A stretch of 56,168 bases of DNA, from contig NC_068983.1 of the NCBI RefSeq assembly GCF_001194135.2, positions 158,302,386 through 158,358,553 of the forward strand. Reading direction: 5' to 3'. Both the position numbers and the translations under genes were made by a program. The notes under the pieces were generated by a model. That model did no database searches and was not told where the DNA came from. It saw nothing but the letters and a program-made list of their open reading frames with translations. This DNA comes from Octopus bimaculoides (taxonomy: Eukaryota). Positions within the stretch are counted from its first letter, which is position 1. Each line of letters opens with the position of its first letter. Below, piece by piece: positions 36,751-49,510 of the stretch.

Positions 36751-37387
36751 GGTTATACCAGTTTTACATATTAAACATTCTCGGGAGCTGGTACGTAAGT
36801 ATCAATGACTTGTAGGGATGTGGTATTTCGTTATGTAACCATTATATAATATAAAGTATATTAAACGTCTTTATAAGTCAATACTATGTTCTACTATGTT
36901 AGCAGTACGCTTTACATCACTCGTTAAGGTTTTCTCTAGAGTTATTCTATAGAAATTATCGCCAGCCCTGACTTTTCTTACGATGTTTCGTATCCGAGAC
37001 GTCAGTCTTGCAACATTAGCTGAACAGGTTTTTACATTTAGTAAATACTTTCCAAATGGCATCTGCACATTAGCTTTTTTTTTTCTTTTTTACTAAATAG
37101 GGTGTTATAAAACTAATAGAAAGGTCTTCTGCGGCCACGTGTTATGGTCTTAAAAATTCTAAATGGAAGTTACAGGTTTGTAGAAGAGAATCTACGCAGC
37201 CGTGTGTACAACTATATATATAGCAGTGTTTTCTACATATGTAAAGATTGTATACAATTGTGTAAGTGTATGAAACGTTGTGCACATCTGACATCTGTGT
37301 TTACAATATACGCGTTTAAAATACAAACCATGAAATGCATTCAATATGCAAAACATAATTCTCCAACACACACACACGCACACGCAC

Positions 37388-37444
<57 letters not shown>

Positions 37445-38002
37445 NNNNNNNNNNNNNNNNNNNNNNNNNNNNNNNNNNNNNNNNNNNNNNNNNNNNNNNN
37501 NNNNNNNNNNNNNNNNNNNNNNNNNNNNNNNNNNNNNNNNNNNNNNNNNNNNNNNNNNNNNNNNNNNNNNNNNNNNNNNNNNNNNNNNNNNNNNNNNNNN
37601 NNNNNNNNNNNNNNNNNNNNNNNNNNNNNNNNNNNNNNNNNNNNNNNNNNNNNNNNNNNNNNNNNNNNNNNNNNNNNNNNNNNNNNNNNNNNNNNNNNNN
37701 NNNNNNNNNNNNNNNNNNNNNNNNNNNNNNNNNNNNNNNNNNNNNNNNNNNNNNNNNNNNNNNNNNNNNNNNNNNNNNNNNNNNNNNNNNNNNNNNNNNN
37801 NNNNNNNNNNNNNNNNNNNNNNNNNNNNNNNNNNNNNNNNNNNNNNNNNNNNNNNNNNNNNNNNNNNNNNNNNNNNNNNNNNNNNNNNNNNNNNNNNNNN
37901 NNNNNNNNNNNNNNNNNNNNNNNNNNNNNNNNNNNNNNNNNNNNNNNNNNNNNNNNNNNNNNNNNNNNNNNNNNNNNNNNNNNNNNNNNNNNNNNNNNNN
38001 NN
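37445..38002. other. Assembly gap
   Basis: N run after (TA)n. Start approximate. Confidence 0.98.
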
Positions 38003-38046
38003 AAAACATCTTATAAACAAACACAAATAAAACTAAAAATTTACAG

Positions 38047-38106
38047 AAGCCAAACTTCCCTCCCTACCCCGACTCCCACCCGCTGCTAAAACTCCAAATG
38101 CTTCCA
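38047..38106 (+). CDS. Candidate 60-nt exon (AKLPSLPRLPPAAKTPNAS)
   Basis: ttacag| acceptor, strong CCA|gtaagt donor, phase 1 to 1, GC-rich. Confidence 0.25.
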
Positions 38107-38650
38107 GTAAGTTTTAGTTCACAGATGTCGAACTTCAAACAAAGAATGCCGAGTATATTTAGGTGCAATTGCAGCAGTGTGTGAGGAGTCCGCCATGATG
38201 TGTCGACTGGTCATTCATACGGAGTTGTGATCAAAAAATAAAAATAAAATGTGGGAAAAGAAAGGAAAGAATCAAGGGAAGAAAAAGTGGAAGAGAACGA
38301 AGCGAAGACAGTAAAGAAGAGAGTAAAGAGAAATGTTTCGCCCTTTGTTGTGTGTTTCATAGCGTTTCCCCGAGTGTTCATGTTGAGAGCCTTATGGGAT
38401 CATGTGGCAGAAGAAAGCAGTGTGCCAAGTGTAAAATAGTGACAGAGAAGAGTCGACCTTAAAATCTCACTTCTTCCCGTGAGATCAGACAAAGGAAAAT
38501 ATTAAATGAGACGCAAAAGCTGTTTCTTTTCTCTCTGTGTCTTTGTCCGACTGTCTGTCTGTGCTTTAACTAGTAGTCTTTCTTCCTCTCTCCTTCAAAT
38601 CTTTCATTTTCTTTCTTCTCTCTATCTATTTTCCTCCCCTCCTCCTCCAG

Positions 38651-38673
38651 ATTATCCCTCCTGCAATGTCTAA
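38651..38673 (+). CDS. Candidate terminal exon start (YPSCNV*)
   Basis: Long pyrimidine tract ending ctccag|. Phase-compatible with 38047-38106. Confidence 0.15.
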
Positions 38674-38779
38674 GGAGTGTTTTACTAATTGAGAGTGCAA
38701 AGCAAACAGTGTAGTCGCTTCGTAATTTTCATTCAGTCCTTTCACTAAGGTGAACTGTGTGGAAAATATCACGCTTCCC

Positions 38780-39295
38780 TCTCTATCTCCATCTCTCTCA
38801 CGGCCTCGAAGTAAGCCACTCTTTACCTCCACTGTTATTTTCATCTCTCTCTCTCCTTCTTTTTCTCTCATTCTCCTTCTCTTTCTTCATCTCAGCAAAT
38901 ATTTAACCTCTCTTTCTCGAACACATTTTCTTTCTTTCTGTCTTTTCCCACCCACCCGTCATTTCGCCCACTCCACCTTCACTCTTCTTTTCCCTCTCTC
39001 TCTCTATCCCTCTTTGAAAATTCTAACTTTACCGCATACTTAAAATAGTCTCTGTTGATCAACTGTTCATTTTATTATCGTTTGTTCCTTTTTTCCTACC
39101 TCTCTCTTTTTATATCTATTTATCCATCCTGTTGTGTCTGTTCCTGTGTACAAACACACACATATACATTAATATCTATCTATCTAGCTAGCTGTCTGCC
39201 TGTCTGTCTGCCTGTCTGTCTGCCTGTCTGTCTGCCTGTCTGTCTGCCTGTCTGTCTGCCTGTCTGTTTCTAATCTCTCTCTCCCCCCCCCTCTT

Positions 39296-39326
<31 letters not shown>

Positions 39327-39386
39327 GTCTGTTTTTTATCTGTCATTTTGTTTCTCCGTTTCTCTGTTTCTCTATCTGCCTGTCTG

Positions 39387-39429
<43 letters not shown>

Positions 39430-39434
39430 GTCTG

Positions 39435-39526
<92 letters not shown>

Positions 39527-39920
39527 CTTTATCTATCTGTTTCTCTGTCTATCTATCAGTCTGTCTGTCAGTCTGTTTGTCTGTTTGTCTGTCCATTTGT
39601 CTCTCAATCTCTCCTGTGTGTCTGTCTCTCCCCCCCTCTCTCTCTCTATCTTTCTCCATATATCTGGTTTTTCTTTCCTATTCTTTCTCACATTTCTCTA
39701 TTTCTCTCTTCCTTTCTTTTCCCAACTATTTACTTATCTATGAATCCCACACTCATAATTCTATCCGATTTCTTTCCTCATTCACTTCAGCTTTCTTCTC
39801 ATCTTTCTTCTTTCTTCCTTTCTTCCTTTCCTTCTATTTGACCGTCTATCCGTCTATTTATCTTCTCACCCACGTCCGCCCTTTTCTTTATCTTACACTT
39901 TCTAACATCAAAGGATAATT
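38780..39920. repeat. Pyrimidine-rich low-complexity region with (TGCC/TGTC)n, (CT)n and (TCTA)n
   Basis: Visible tetranucleotide and dinucleotide arrays at 39190-39270, 39290-39320 and 39380-39530. Confidence 0.9.
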
Positions 39921-40922
39921 TTCCAGGCATAGAACTTGATTTTCCAGTACTCTTCCATATTTAGAGCAAAACGTACTGGTTCTTTTTCAGTTGGCGAGTT
40001 CCTTTTATCTTTCAATAGCGACTGGATAACTTTGATATCGCTATTTAATCTACATCACCCCACTGATTTCTACTTTTTAGTCTTGTTCAACGCTTTACTT
40101 GCCTTTCAGAACATTATTGCTATGCTTAATTAATATTATTAAACTCATAGGCTAATTGCATTAACAGTTATTATAAGATAATTCTGAGTTGTCTTTACGG
40201 ATTAAGTTAAATTTAATTTTCTTAACGAGTAAATAACTAACGTAAAAAATATTTTATTTATGAAATACAGTTTTAATGTATGGGACTGGATGTTAAAAAG
40301 CACCGGTGAGGGAACATGAAGTCTTCAGATTCTATTAGATTCCAGTAGATATTTCAGAAATACGTTACTCGCGACCCGTCATTTTTCAAATAACCATTTA
40401 ATTTTATCAGGAAAAGAAAATAAACTTAAATTCTGGCAGCGACTCATAGAAATGCTAAAAAAAAAAAAAAGCAGAAAAACAAATAAACACTGTTTTGATC
40501 AACTGTTTCCTACATTACAGCTTGGTCCCTTCTCTTTCGTTATTTCTCTTCGTGTCTTTTTATCCATCTTGTTGTGCCTGTTTCCTTTTCTTTCCATGAG
40601 CTTCTTGCGCAAAGGTCCTATGTGACTGAATTATATGAGATTTTACTGTAAGTGAATATTCTTTTATAATAATTTTGTTCAAATATTAATATCTTTAATT
40701 GATTTATTACATAGTCACTAGCATTAGGAATTGAAATTATATGACATTCATTTCTTTGTACTTATTTTTCAAGGGAATTAGTAACGAAAGAGATGTGAAA
40801 TAGCGACAATCAGTATTCGAAATACCTTTTTTTAATCTTCCTCACCGATACTTTACCACTACTCAACAATGTTGGTGACCCTTATAAATAATAATTTAGA
40901 AATCGTAATAACGAATATGTGG

Positions 40923-40985
<63 letters not shown>

Positions 40986-41412
40986 NNNNNNNNNNNNNNN
41001 NNNNNNNNNNNNNNNNNNNNNNNNNNNNNNNNNNNNNNNNNNNNNNNNNNNNNNNNNNNNNNNNNNNNNNNNNNNNNNNNNNNNNNNNNNNNNNNNNNNN
41101 NNNNNNNNNNNNNNNNNNNNNNNNNNNNNNNNNNNNNNNNNNNNNNNNNNNNNNNNNNNNNNNNNNNNNNNNNNNNNNNNNNNNNNNNNNNNNNNNNNNN
41201 NNNNNNNNNNNNNNNNNNNNNNNNNNNNNNNNNNNNNNNNNNNNNNNNNNNNNNNNNNNNNNNNNNNNNNNNNNNNNNNNNNNNNNNNNNNNNNNNNNNN
41301 NNNNNNNNNNNNNNNNNNNNNNNNNNNNNNNNNNNNNNNNNNNNNNNNNNNNNNNNNNNNNNNNNNNNNNNNNNNNNNNNNNNNNNNNNNNNNNNNNNNN
41401 NNNNNNNNNNNN
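40986..41412. other. Assembly gap
   Basis: N run between (CA)n and (TG)n. Confidence 0.99.
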
Positions 41413-41424
41413 GTGTGTGTGTGT

Positions 41425-41605
41425 CCACGCCAACGCTTAACAACCGATGCTGGTGTGTTTATGTTTCTGAAACTTAGCGGTTCGGCAAAAGAGACCCATA
41501 GAATAATGCTTACAAAGAATAAGTCTTGGGGTCGAGTTATTTGACTAAAACCCGTTAAAGCGGTGCTCCAGCATGGCCACAGTCAAATGACTGAAACAAG
41601 TAAAA
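41425..41605 (+). mobile_element. SINE family A, 3' half
   Basis: caaccgatgctggtgtgttt...gcggtgctccagcatggccacagtcaaatgactgaaacaagtaaaaga. Confidence 0.8.
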
Positions 41606-42399
41606 GATTACACACATACGGGCACGCATATATATGAAAAATTCCGATAAATACGGGTTAATATCATTAGTTTTTACGTACGTATCACCATCGTGGCTGT
41701 TTGGAACCTCTGCATTGGATGTTCCAAGAGCAATTGCAATCTTCACCATAACAGATCATCAGGGAACACGTCATTGCATTAAGTTACTGAGAACTGTTTT
41801 CTGTAACAGCGCAAAAAGTGTCCCTCGATGATACATTGTGGTTAAGCATCCCGTTGGTATCTTTTCTGTTTTGAAATTTTAAAATTAAGTGAAAGTGTTT
41901 AAATTTGGTATAGTAATGTAATTTTTCACGCTGGACCTCATGTTCCAGAAAAATTTTAGAAAAGTGTTACAGAGGTTTACAGCTTGATTATTTTTATCCA
42001 ATCAGAAAACAAGATCTGGAAGAAGTTTTGAAGTTTTAATAAATTTAAATGGATGAAGTCATGTGAAATGTTGGAGCAGGCAATATAAAAAAAAACCTTC
42101 AATTTTTCTTTTAGGGAGGAATTATACAAGAACAAACTATCTGTTAAATCAGAACCCCTCCCCCCACATTAAAAAAAAGCTGCACGTTATACTACTGTAG
42201 TTCAGTTCATATAAATAATTGATAGCAGAAATTCAAAGACGAAAGTTTGAAATCCACTGGGTTAGAGTTAAGGTTTTTGTGTTAGAATTACTCACAAGAT
42301 ACACTATATAAGTGTGTGTAGATACACACACACACAAACAGACACACACATATATATATATACATGTATATAAAAGCATATAAATGTGTACGTGTGTAA

Positions 42400-42700
42400 G
42401 AAAAGATATGTGACCTAGTAGTTAGGGTGTTCAGTTCAAGACCATAATATCATGGGTTCAATTCCTGAACCAATCGATATATTGTGTCCTTGAGCAAGAC
42501 ACTCCATTTCACGTTCCTCCACTTTACTGAAAATGAGTATCAGTTCGAATGCTGGTGCAGTCCCCTTTTTCTCTAGCTCTAACATCCTGGATGTGCCACC
42601 GGGTCAAAGTGTGGGAGAGTCGAGAGTGTATCTATGTCTGCTCGCGCCTAAAAATATTAGCGCATGCACGGTGCATGCTACCAAGCCGTACTTGTGCAAT
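42400..42700 (+). mobile_element. Diverged tRNA-derived SINE with a conserved-core-like segment
   Basis: gacctagtagttagggtg (A box), gggttcaattcc (B box), gtgtccttgagcaagacac core. Confidence 0.65.
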
Positions 42701-42914
42701 AGTCAGTATAATGGTTGGTTGGTTGGTTGGCTGGTTGGTTGGTTGGCTGGTTGGTTGGTTGGCTGGTTGATTTCTTAGTCACTTCTCATATCGTATAGAG
42801 AGTAAAAGAAGGGATACAGAAAGAAAAAGAGCGAGAGAGTTAACATTAGAGGTGCAGCATGAGTGCACATAATTCTGGTGGCAAGCGATGAGTAAAGCAC
42901 CGCCACACACACAC

Positions 42915-42955
<41 letters not shown>

Positions 42956-43879
42956 CATATAGTGTGGAGAAGGAGCAAATGGCAGAGTGGTTATGGAAGG
43001 AGTTATACAAATGAGAAATTTGTTTGGTTTAATATATTCTTTTATCTTTTTATTATTTGTTTCAGTTATTGGACTGCGGCTATGCTGGGGCATCGTCTTG
43101 AAGAATTTTAGTCCCGCGAATCGATCCCAGTACATATTTTTCTTAAGGCCTGGTACTTATTCTATTGAATTTTTTTTGCCCAACTGCTAAGTTACACACA
43201 CATTCTTTTGAAAATTAGTATTCATTTCATTTTGTATAAACCCTCAGAAGTCTGATAGAAGTTAAATTATGACCATTGTATGTTATACCATATTACCTGG
43301 TGTTGGCAAAACTATTTCCAAACTTACTCGCCATATCATAGGGAACGCTATATATTTCTCATTAGTGGTAGGAAGAGAGAAAAAAAAGATATTAAGTGAT
43401 AATTCTATTTTAATATCTAAAGAAATAATAAAACATACACGTATACATCTCATTTCTTTTTTTTTTTTTTTCATTTTTTTTTTCATTCCATTTAATATCA
43501 AATTTAGTTTTATTCCTTTCACACCACTTTTTGTCTCTCTTTTCCTACTGTGAAATAGCAATATGGAACAGTAGAGAAGAAGCATATCGATAATTTATAA
43601 AGTTAGACGAAATAAACGCCAGATAACATATAATAACAGAAATTTAAATGTCTAATTTTTAAAATATGGCCGAAATATATCTAACACAAGAATTTGTCTC
43701 GTATGAACTTGGACTTTAGAACCATAATATAGAAGGCTAAGTTAGTAGCAGTGATAGTTCTAGGATTCTAAACTATTATTAATCCCCGAGAAGTAAGCCT
43801 TCTCCTATCTCTAGTCTGAGTTATAGTTCATGTTATTAGAAATATTCTAGTAATTCATTTTATATCAAATCATAAACTT

Positions 43880-44095
43880 GAGAGAAAGGAGGTAGATTGG
43901 TAGCGTCAGTGGAGAGTCACACAAAGTACCTTGCCGTATTATGTTTATTTCTGTTGAGTTCAAATCATCCTGTTGGAGTTTCATTGTCTTTCATCCTTCT
44001 GGGGGCACGGTTAAATAAGTACCAGTCAAGTGCTAAGGTCGAAATAATAGACTATATCCTCCCCCAAAATATACGACCCTGTGCCTGTGTTAGAA
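43880..44095 (+). mobile_element. Old SINE family B
   Basis: gagttcaaatc...tttcatccttctggg...aaataagtaccagt. Confidence 0.65.
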
Positions 44096-45506
44096 ATTGA
44101 TATGGCTGGTGCGTCTCGTTTGCAAAGTCTTCGTATCTCCAAGGAAATAGGATTTACTAAATATGTTCTAAATGTTTAAGATCTGAAAATATTTTAAAAC
44201 ACCTTTTTGCTTGGATGGAGAATCCAAACACCTGGTGTTTGATGCAACTATCAATGAAACTACAGCAGACATCAATGGCCTAGTGTGGGGTGTATGGGGC
44301 GTGCCCACAGCACAAGGCGGCCACTTCATACACGTGTATTTTTTGTAAGCGAAAGTATGTTATGTTTAAGGATTTGAGGCGGCCAATTTGACTCCCACAC
44401 AAGGGGATCAGATCCCACGCTATGGTAGACATGCCACATATGAAAAGTTTACTTGTAGAGAAATAAAGGTACCTCTATTACACATACCACGTATGGTATG
44501 AAAGTTTATTTCTAAGGAAAAAAACCCACGATAGTTGTGTAAACGTACTGCGGAAGATATCCTGTAAAGTCATTAACTGGTCTAGAGAGAAACTGACACT
44601 TGGAAGTATTTTGACATATTTAAACATCTCGTCAGTACAGGACACCAGTTTAATGTGGGACTATCAGCAAAGAGATTCTTTTGCTGCTATTCGATATACT
44701 ATGATGTCGGTATATATGTTTGCCCTAAAGACAAATCTAACATATGGACGTCGTCATTATTATATCAAGAAGCCATTCATTATCATAATGAAGGTTCGTC
44801 AATAGCGAATTAGAAACGTAATATATATATATGGATGGTGCGACAAGTTTGAAACATTTGAGACGTAATGAGATTTTAAGTAACGGAAAAGCAGACCCAA
44901 AACCCCAAACTTGAAAATGCTCGATATCTTGAAATACACCACAGAACTCATTGAATTAAAAGATCAAACTGACTGATTTTTGTCATGAAAATAAATATAT
45001 ATTTAAAATAGATGAGCAAGGAAAGTATTATTCTGAAAAGTCGTAACTGATCTGACAAGTTTTCTGAATTCAGGAATGTATAAAGTTTATAATCACCTGT
45101 GTTCACCTTTTGGTCAGTGTATGTTAACGCATATAATTAATAGAACTGTAGAAACCTAAACTACAAATAAATACGTCGTGATAGAAAAATAATATTAGTC
45201 CATGAATAATATATGTATTTTTTTTTATCAAAATTCCAAGTGAGAACTCCGAACATACTTCAACGGATTTCTAACCTTTTTCAGCGAAGTATATTCTCAC
45301 TGTAGCTGGCCGATTTTGTTGTGAACGAATCTAAATAAATACATAAAAAATATGCATTTGTTGGCGTCAGAAAAGAAAATTTTAGAGGATTTTTTTTTTC
45401 GCCATCCATATCACACTTTTCCTCGCTAACATATATAGATTACTGTATATTTACTTATTTATTCATTCACTATTGATCTGACTAACTATAGAGAGGACAT
45501 ACTTAG

Positions 45507-45533
45507 CTGATGAAGCCACGAAACACGTCAGGA
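45507..45533 (+). ncRNA. Degenerate minimal hammerhead-ribozyme-like motif
   Basis: CTGATGA-agccac-GAAAC-ac-GTC core order is present. Helices I and II do not pair well. Confidence 0.25.
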
Positions 45534-46879
45534 GTTGTTTTTCGTACTTGCTGGAAAAAAAAAAACCAATGAAAATTTTTATCAATTGTATTTTTCTCGC
45601 ATATTTATTTTTATGTTAAACTTTTAATACTCCATAAATTATATTTGCTAATATCCATTTAGCTATTCATTTTCATCCGGATGGTGTCTCTGAATTGTTT
45701 TAAGTTACTATACTCCAGATGTATCTCTGAGCAAAACAATTAGATAATACAATATATTTTCAATTTATGTTATATTAAGTTTATTATTTCAAAACAAATT
45801 TAAGAATAACAAACAAAGTATTTACTTTCAGCGAGACTAAATGATAAAAATATAGTTATAGTTTAAAATTTGTGTGACGGTTTATTCATAGAAAACCATC
45901 AGGCAAGACAAAATGGGGTTTTTATAAATATTTCAATGTATATAGTTTAAAGTAAAAAAGAGAAACAGAAAGAACATATTTGTTTAATACAAGACCGAAG
46001 ACCCTTGTTCTAATTACTTAAGTAATTAGAACTCGAAAATCAATATAACTTAGGAACTTTAAAATCTGTAGCTGTAACACACTATGTCTACTTCTCTACA
46101 GCAGCCAAGTAGTTTGTTTTTTTTTTCATCTATTTCTTGCACTTGTTCTTTCTTTAGAAACTTTCAAGTGGTTTACTTCTTTTAATGCAAACTGACTAGA
46201 CTGACAATAAAATTATTTCCAATATTTTATCTTGCTCTTCTTATCGTAGCTAAGTTCGAAAGAACTTAAATTATTGTTTCAGACCGTATGTCTGTTTTAC
46301 ATAATTTCTCCAGAACTATTTTCTGTGCACCCGTAGTGGTAATTCCATCTTGCGGGGAATTCAAGTTTTCAGTTGTTTGGAAAGCATAGAGCTTAATCAA
46401 CAAATGTTTTTCTTTCTTTCGTTTTTTTTCTTTTCATAATTTATAAATGTTAATTTTCACAAGTAATATTCATATTTTGTAGTCATATGTAACACTATCA
46501 AGTAACTTGTAATTGTATCTGATTCAAACTATACCAGTCCCGATATTGTTTGAATCCAAATTTACAAAGTAGCATTTTGAGATCATTTAGTCGAGATTAT
46601 TTCAGTTCATATTATACTTATTATTGAATTATCTCAGTTCACATCATTCTTGGCTTCTGTGTCGACTTTCATAGAGCTTGTTTTGAATTTCCTTAGCGTA
46701 CATTTCGGATTTGGGTCTGTCTATGCTTCCTTAGCGTATATTTCCGGATTTGAGTCTGTCTATGTTATCAATACCTTCTGATTTTCTTTATATGCGCACT
46801 TTTAGAAATACTACAGTAAAATCCAATCATTCTGTTCTTATTTAATATTAAATGATATTCATAAACACATCCATTCTTG

Positions 46880-47000
46880 AAAAGCGTACGTCGGATTTGT
46901 TTTGCTTTCTTCCGAGTTCACCATCCAGTTAAAGCTGTCTGTGTAACAGTTTCGCAAACACAGTCGGCTGGGCGTTACGTACTTAGGACTGTGACGTCAT
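46880..47000. promoter_or_regulatory. CpG-enriched patch with a perfect CRE (TGACGTCA, 46992-46999); possible promoter
   Basis: 9 CpGs in about 115 bp within an AT-rich background. A minus-strand donor aag|gtattg lies at about 46774. Confidence 0.3.
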
Positions 47001-47769
47001 GTGTTTGGTATATGGCAATAAATACAAAAGGGAAAATATGAAAACAATAAATAGAATAAAACTTTTTTTGTAAATAACTTGTAATAGATATATTTCTACA
47101 TTTGCAGTTTTTACACTGTTTGTCAAAAGCATTTTTAATTATACATGTAAATTTTATACATGTATAAAAATTATACATGTAAATTTTAGTTATACATGTA
47201 AATTCAACTTGCTTAGGGCTTCAGCAAACTTAGCGCCGACTCTGTTCGCAAACTCAATCCCACATACTGACATTGTGGATCTCATCTGAAAGTATAGATC
47301 TGACTTTTAATTTCAATGAATTTTGTGTAGTATTTTCACTACACAACATTATTGTTTGTTTTTTTTTCTAATTTTCTATATCAGCTGATGATACAGAAGG
47401 CAAATAAGCCATTCTAAAGTATTGTGGGACATGCTCCATACTCTAAATATATACATATGCTAGAGTTCATTTTATTCTCTAGGACATTGTTTCCCAATCT
47501 AGGGCTATGGTAGTGTTCTGTAAATCAACAGAAAAATTTGGGAATTAGCGAGACACAACTTCAGTGAAGGGACCCACGCAACTACCACTCTATTTCTTTC
47601 TGTTTTTTTTCTTTTTTTTTTTTTTTACTGTATTTTCTATATCTTAAGTTCTGTCATCACAGGAAAATCAAATGGATTCCTTTGTTTGCTAATAGTTTAT
47701 AATTCCTGAATAAAGTATAAAGTTGGTATTGGAAAGTCTTGTATGAATTAAATGTTGTTTCTGCTTTGA

Positions 47770-48790
47770 GGTTCATACCCTCTGTGGGTAATTGCATGTG
47801 TCGTTCCGTGAAGGTTTGCGACAGTGTTGCAATGTTTTCTAATAATAAGCAGTTCGGAGAAGAAATCGTAGCCGTCCATAATGACATATTTTACTGTCGG
47901 GATAAATCTGAGGAGCTAAATTTGCTGAACAAACAGTTACGAGGTAAAACTGTATATCTTTTAATTTGCAAAGAGGCTAATAGCGTTTTCCTTGATAAAT
48001 ATTGGGTGTAAGAAGTTGATAAGTTTTCCAGCCCTTGTCACTATTGACTAGCTGCGAGCAGATGTAATTTTAGTTGAATTGCTTCATGATTCTTTTATTC
48101 TTTTCTTTTATTCTTTTATTCTTTTATTTGCTTCAGTCATTTGACTGCAGCCATGCTGGAGCACCGACTTTAGTCGAGCACATCAACCTCAGGGCTTATT
48201 CTTTGTAAGCCTAGTACTTATTCTATCGGTCTCTTGAGCCGAACCGCTAAGTTACGGGGACGTAAACACACCAACATCGGTTGAAAACGATGGTGGTAGG
48301 GACAAACACAGACACACACATATACGACAGGCTTCTTTCAGTTTCTATCTACCAAATCCACTCACAAGGCTTTGGTGGGCCAGAGGCTATAGTAGAAGAC
48401 ACTCGCCCAAGGTGCCACGCAGTGGGACTGAACCCGGAACCCGGAACCCGTGGAAATTAAATTAAAATATCTTCCAAGTTGGGAGGTAGACTCATTTGAA
48501 AGAAATGCGACTGATATTGATATGTGATTCAAGAAAGCTATGTTGAGTTGGAGAGAAATCAAACTATCCAAGCTAAGTTTAACCATGGGCTCAATAACTT
48601 ATGGACAAGTAGTGAAATTGCTGAGAAATTCTCATTACTTTGGCAAGAAGTAAAATTATATTTCATTGTTTTTCCTACTTCTAATCTAATCGAGTCAAGT
48701 TTTAGCCGAGTGTCTTTCGTACAATCTAAAGCTCACAATCGCTTAGAAATCGTAAGTAGAGGTGGTCTTCGCTTGTCTCTAACAATTACG
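47770..48790 (+). mobile_element. hAT transposase C-terminal relic split by a SINE A (48125-48445)
   Basis: VGNCM...EEIVAVHNDIFY...NKQLRG, then FPTSNLIESSFSRV...KAHNRLEIVSRGGLRLSLT (hAT dimerisation region). A possible 3' TIR lies near 50350-50365. Confidence 0.7.
48125..48445 (-). mobile_element. SINE family A inserted in the hAT relic
   Basis: High similarity to 22660-23010. Confidence 0.9.
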
Positions 48791-49330
48791 ATAGGGAAAA
48801 ACTTGCGAAACTGCATAAGCTACAAGGAACTTACTGATCAAATACTGTAAAATGATGATGGGATATACATTTCGTTATTTTGCTAAAGAATTTTAATTTT
48901 GTGCTGAAAAGTAATAATTTTTTAAGAAGTTATAAATTTTCTGGGTGTCAACAGAATCTTTTTATTTTCTATTTTGTTACGACTATTATATTGGAAAAAT
49001 AACGTATGGTTGTTTTACGGAAGCCACAACATATTTTTGCTTTTATGGAATAGAATAATAGAAAATAAATGTGCAATTAATAAACGCTGAGTTTATTATT
49101 AAGGAATTTATTTCGTTAATGATGGAAAAGTCTTTTTGTTAATGTTTATTTGTTAGTATAAGCTTTTGTTTAAAAATTTTCATTACAAATTATCAGTTTT
49201 CAGATATCTATAGAAAAAAATTCATGACAATAAAACTAATTTAAAACGATTAATATCTAAAATTTCGTTATTGACAAATCTTACAAATTTTACATTTGAC
49301 GGATATTTGTCCTCATTTTGTTTGTTGTCA

Positions 49331-49376
49331 ACACAACGTTTCGGCAGATATACTCTAGAGTCTTCTTCAAGTGTCC
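49331..49376 (-). ncRNA. Minimal type I hammerhead ribozyme of the Penelope pseudo-LTR (C3>U, probably inactive)
   Basis: acac-TTGAAGA-agac...gcc-GAAAC-GTT-gtgt. Helix I is acac/gtgt and helix III is the palindrome AACGTT. Confidence 0.55.
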
Positions 49377-49440
49377 TGGGGAAATTTCGAATCTGGGCTC
49401 TCATTCCTAAGGTATTTTCTCGATGTTATTATTATTATTC

Positions 49441-49510
49441 AGGTCACTGCTTGGAATCGAACTCGGAATCTTGGGGTTAGTAGCCTGCACTCTTAACCAC
49501 TACGCCATAT
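49441..49510 (-). promoter_or_regulatory. tRNA-like Pol III internal promoter within the Penelope repeat
   Basis: A box TGGCGTAGTGG and B box GAGTTCGATTCC with tRNA-like spacing. Confidence 0.6.

Noticed and set aside
47739-48011. 90-aa ORF as a host gene
   Set aside because: It matches the hAT transposase core and continues after the SINE at 48480.
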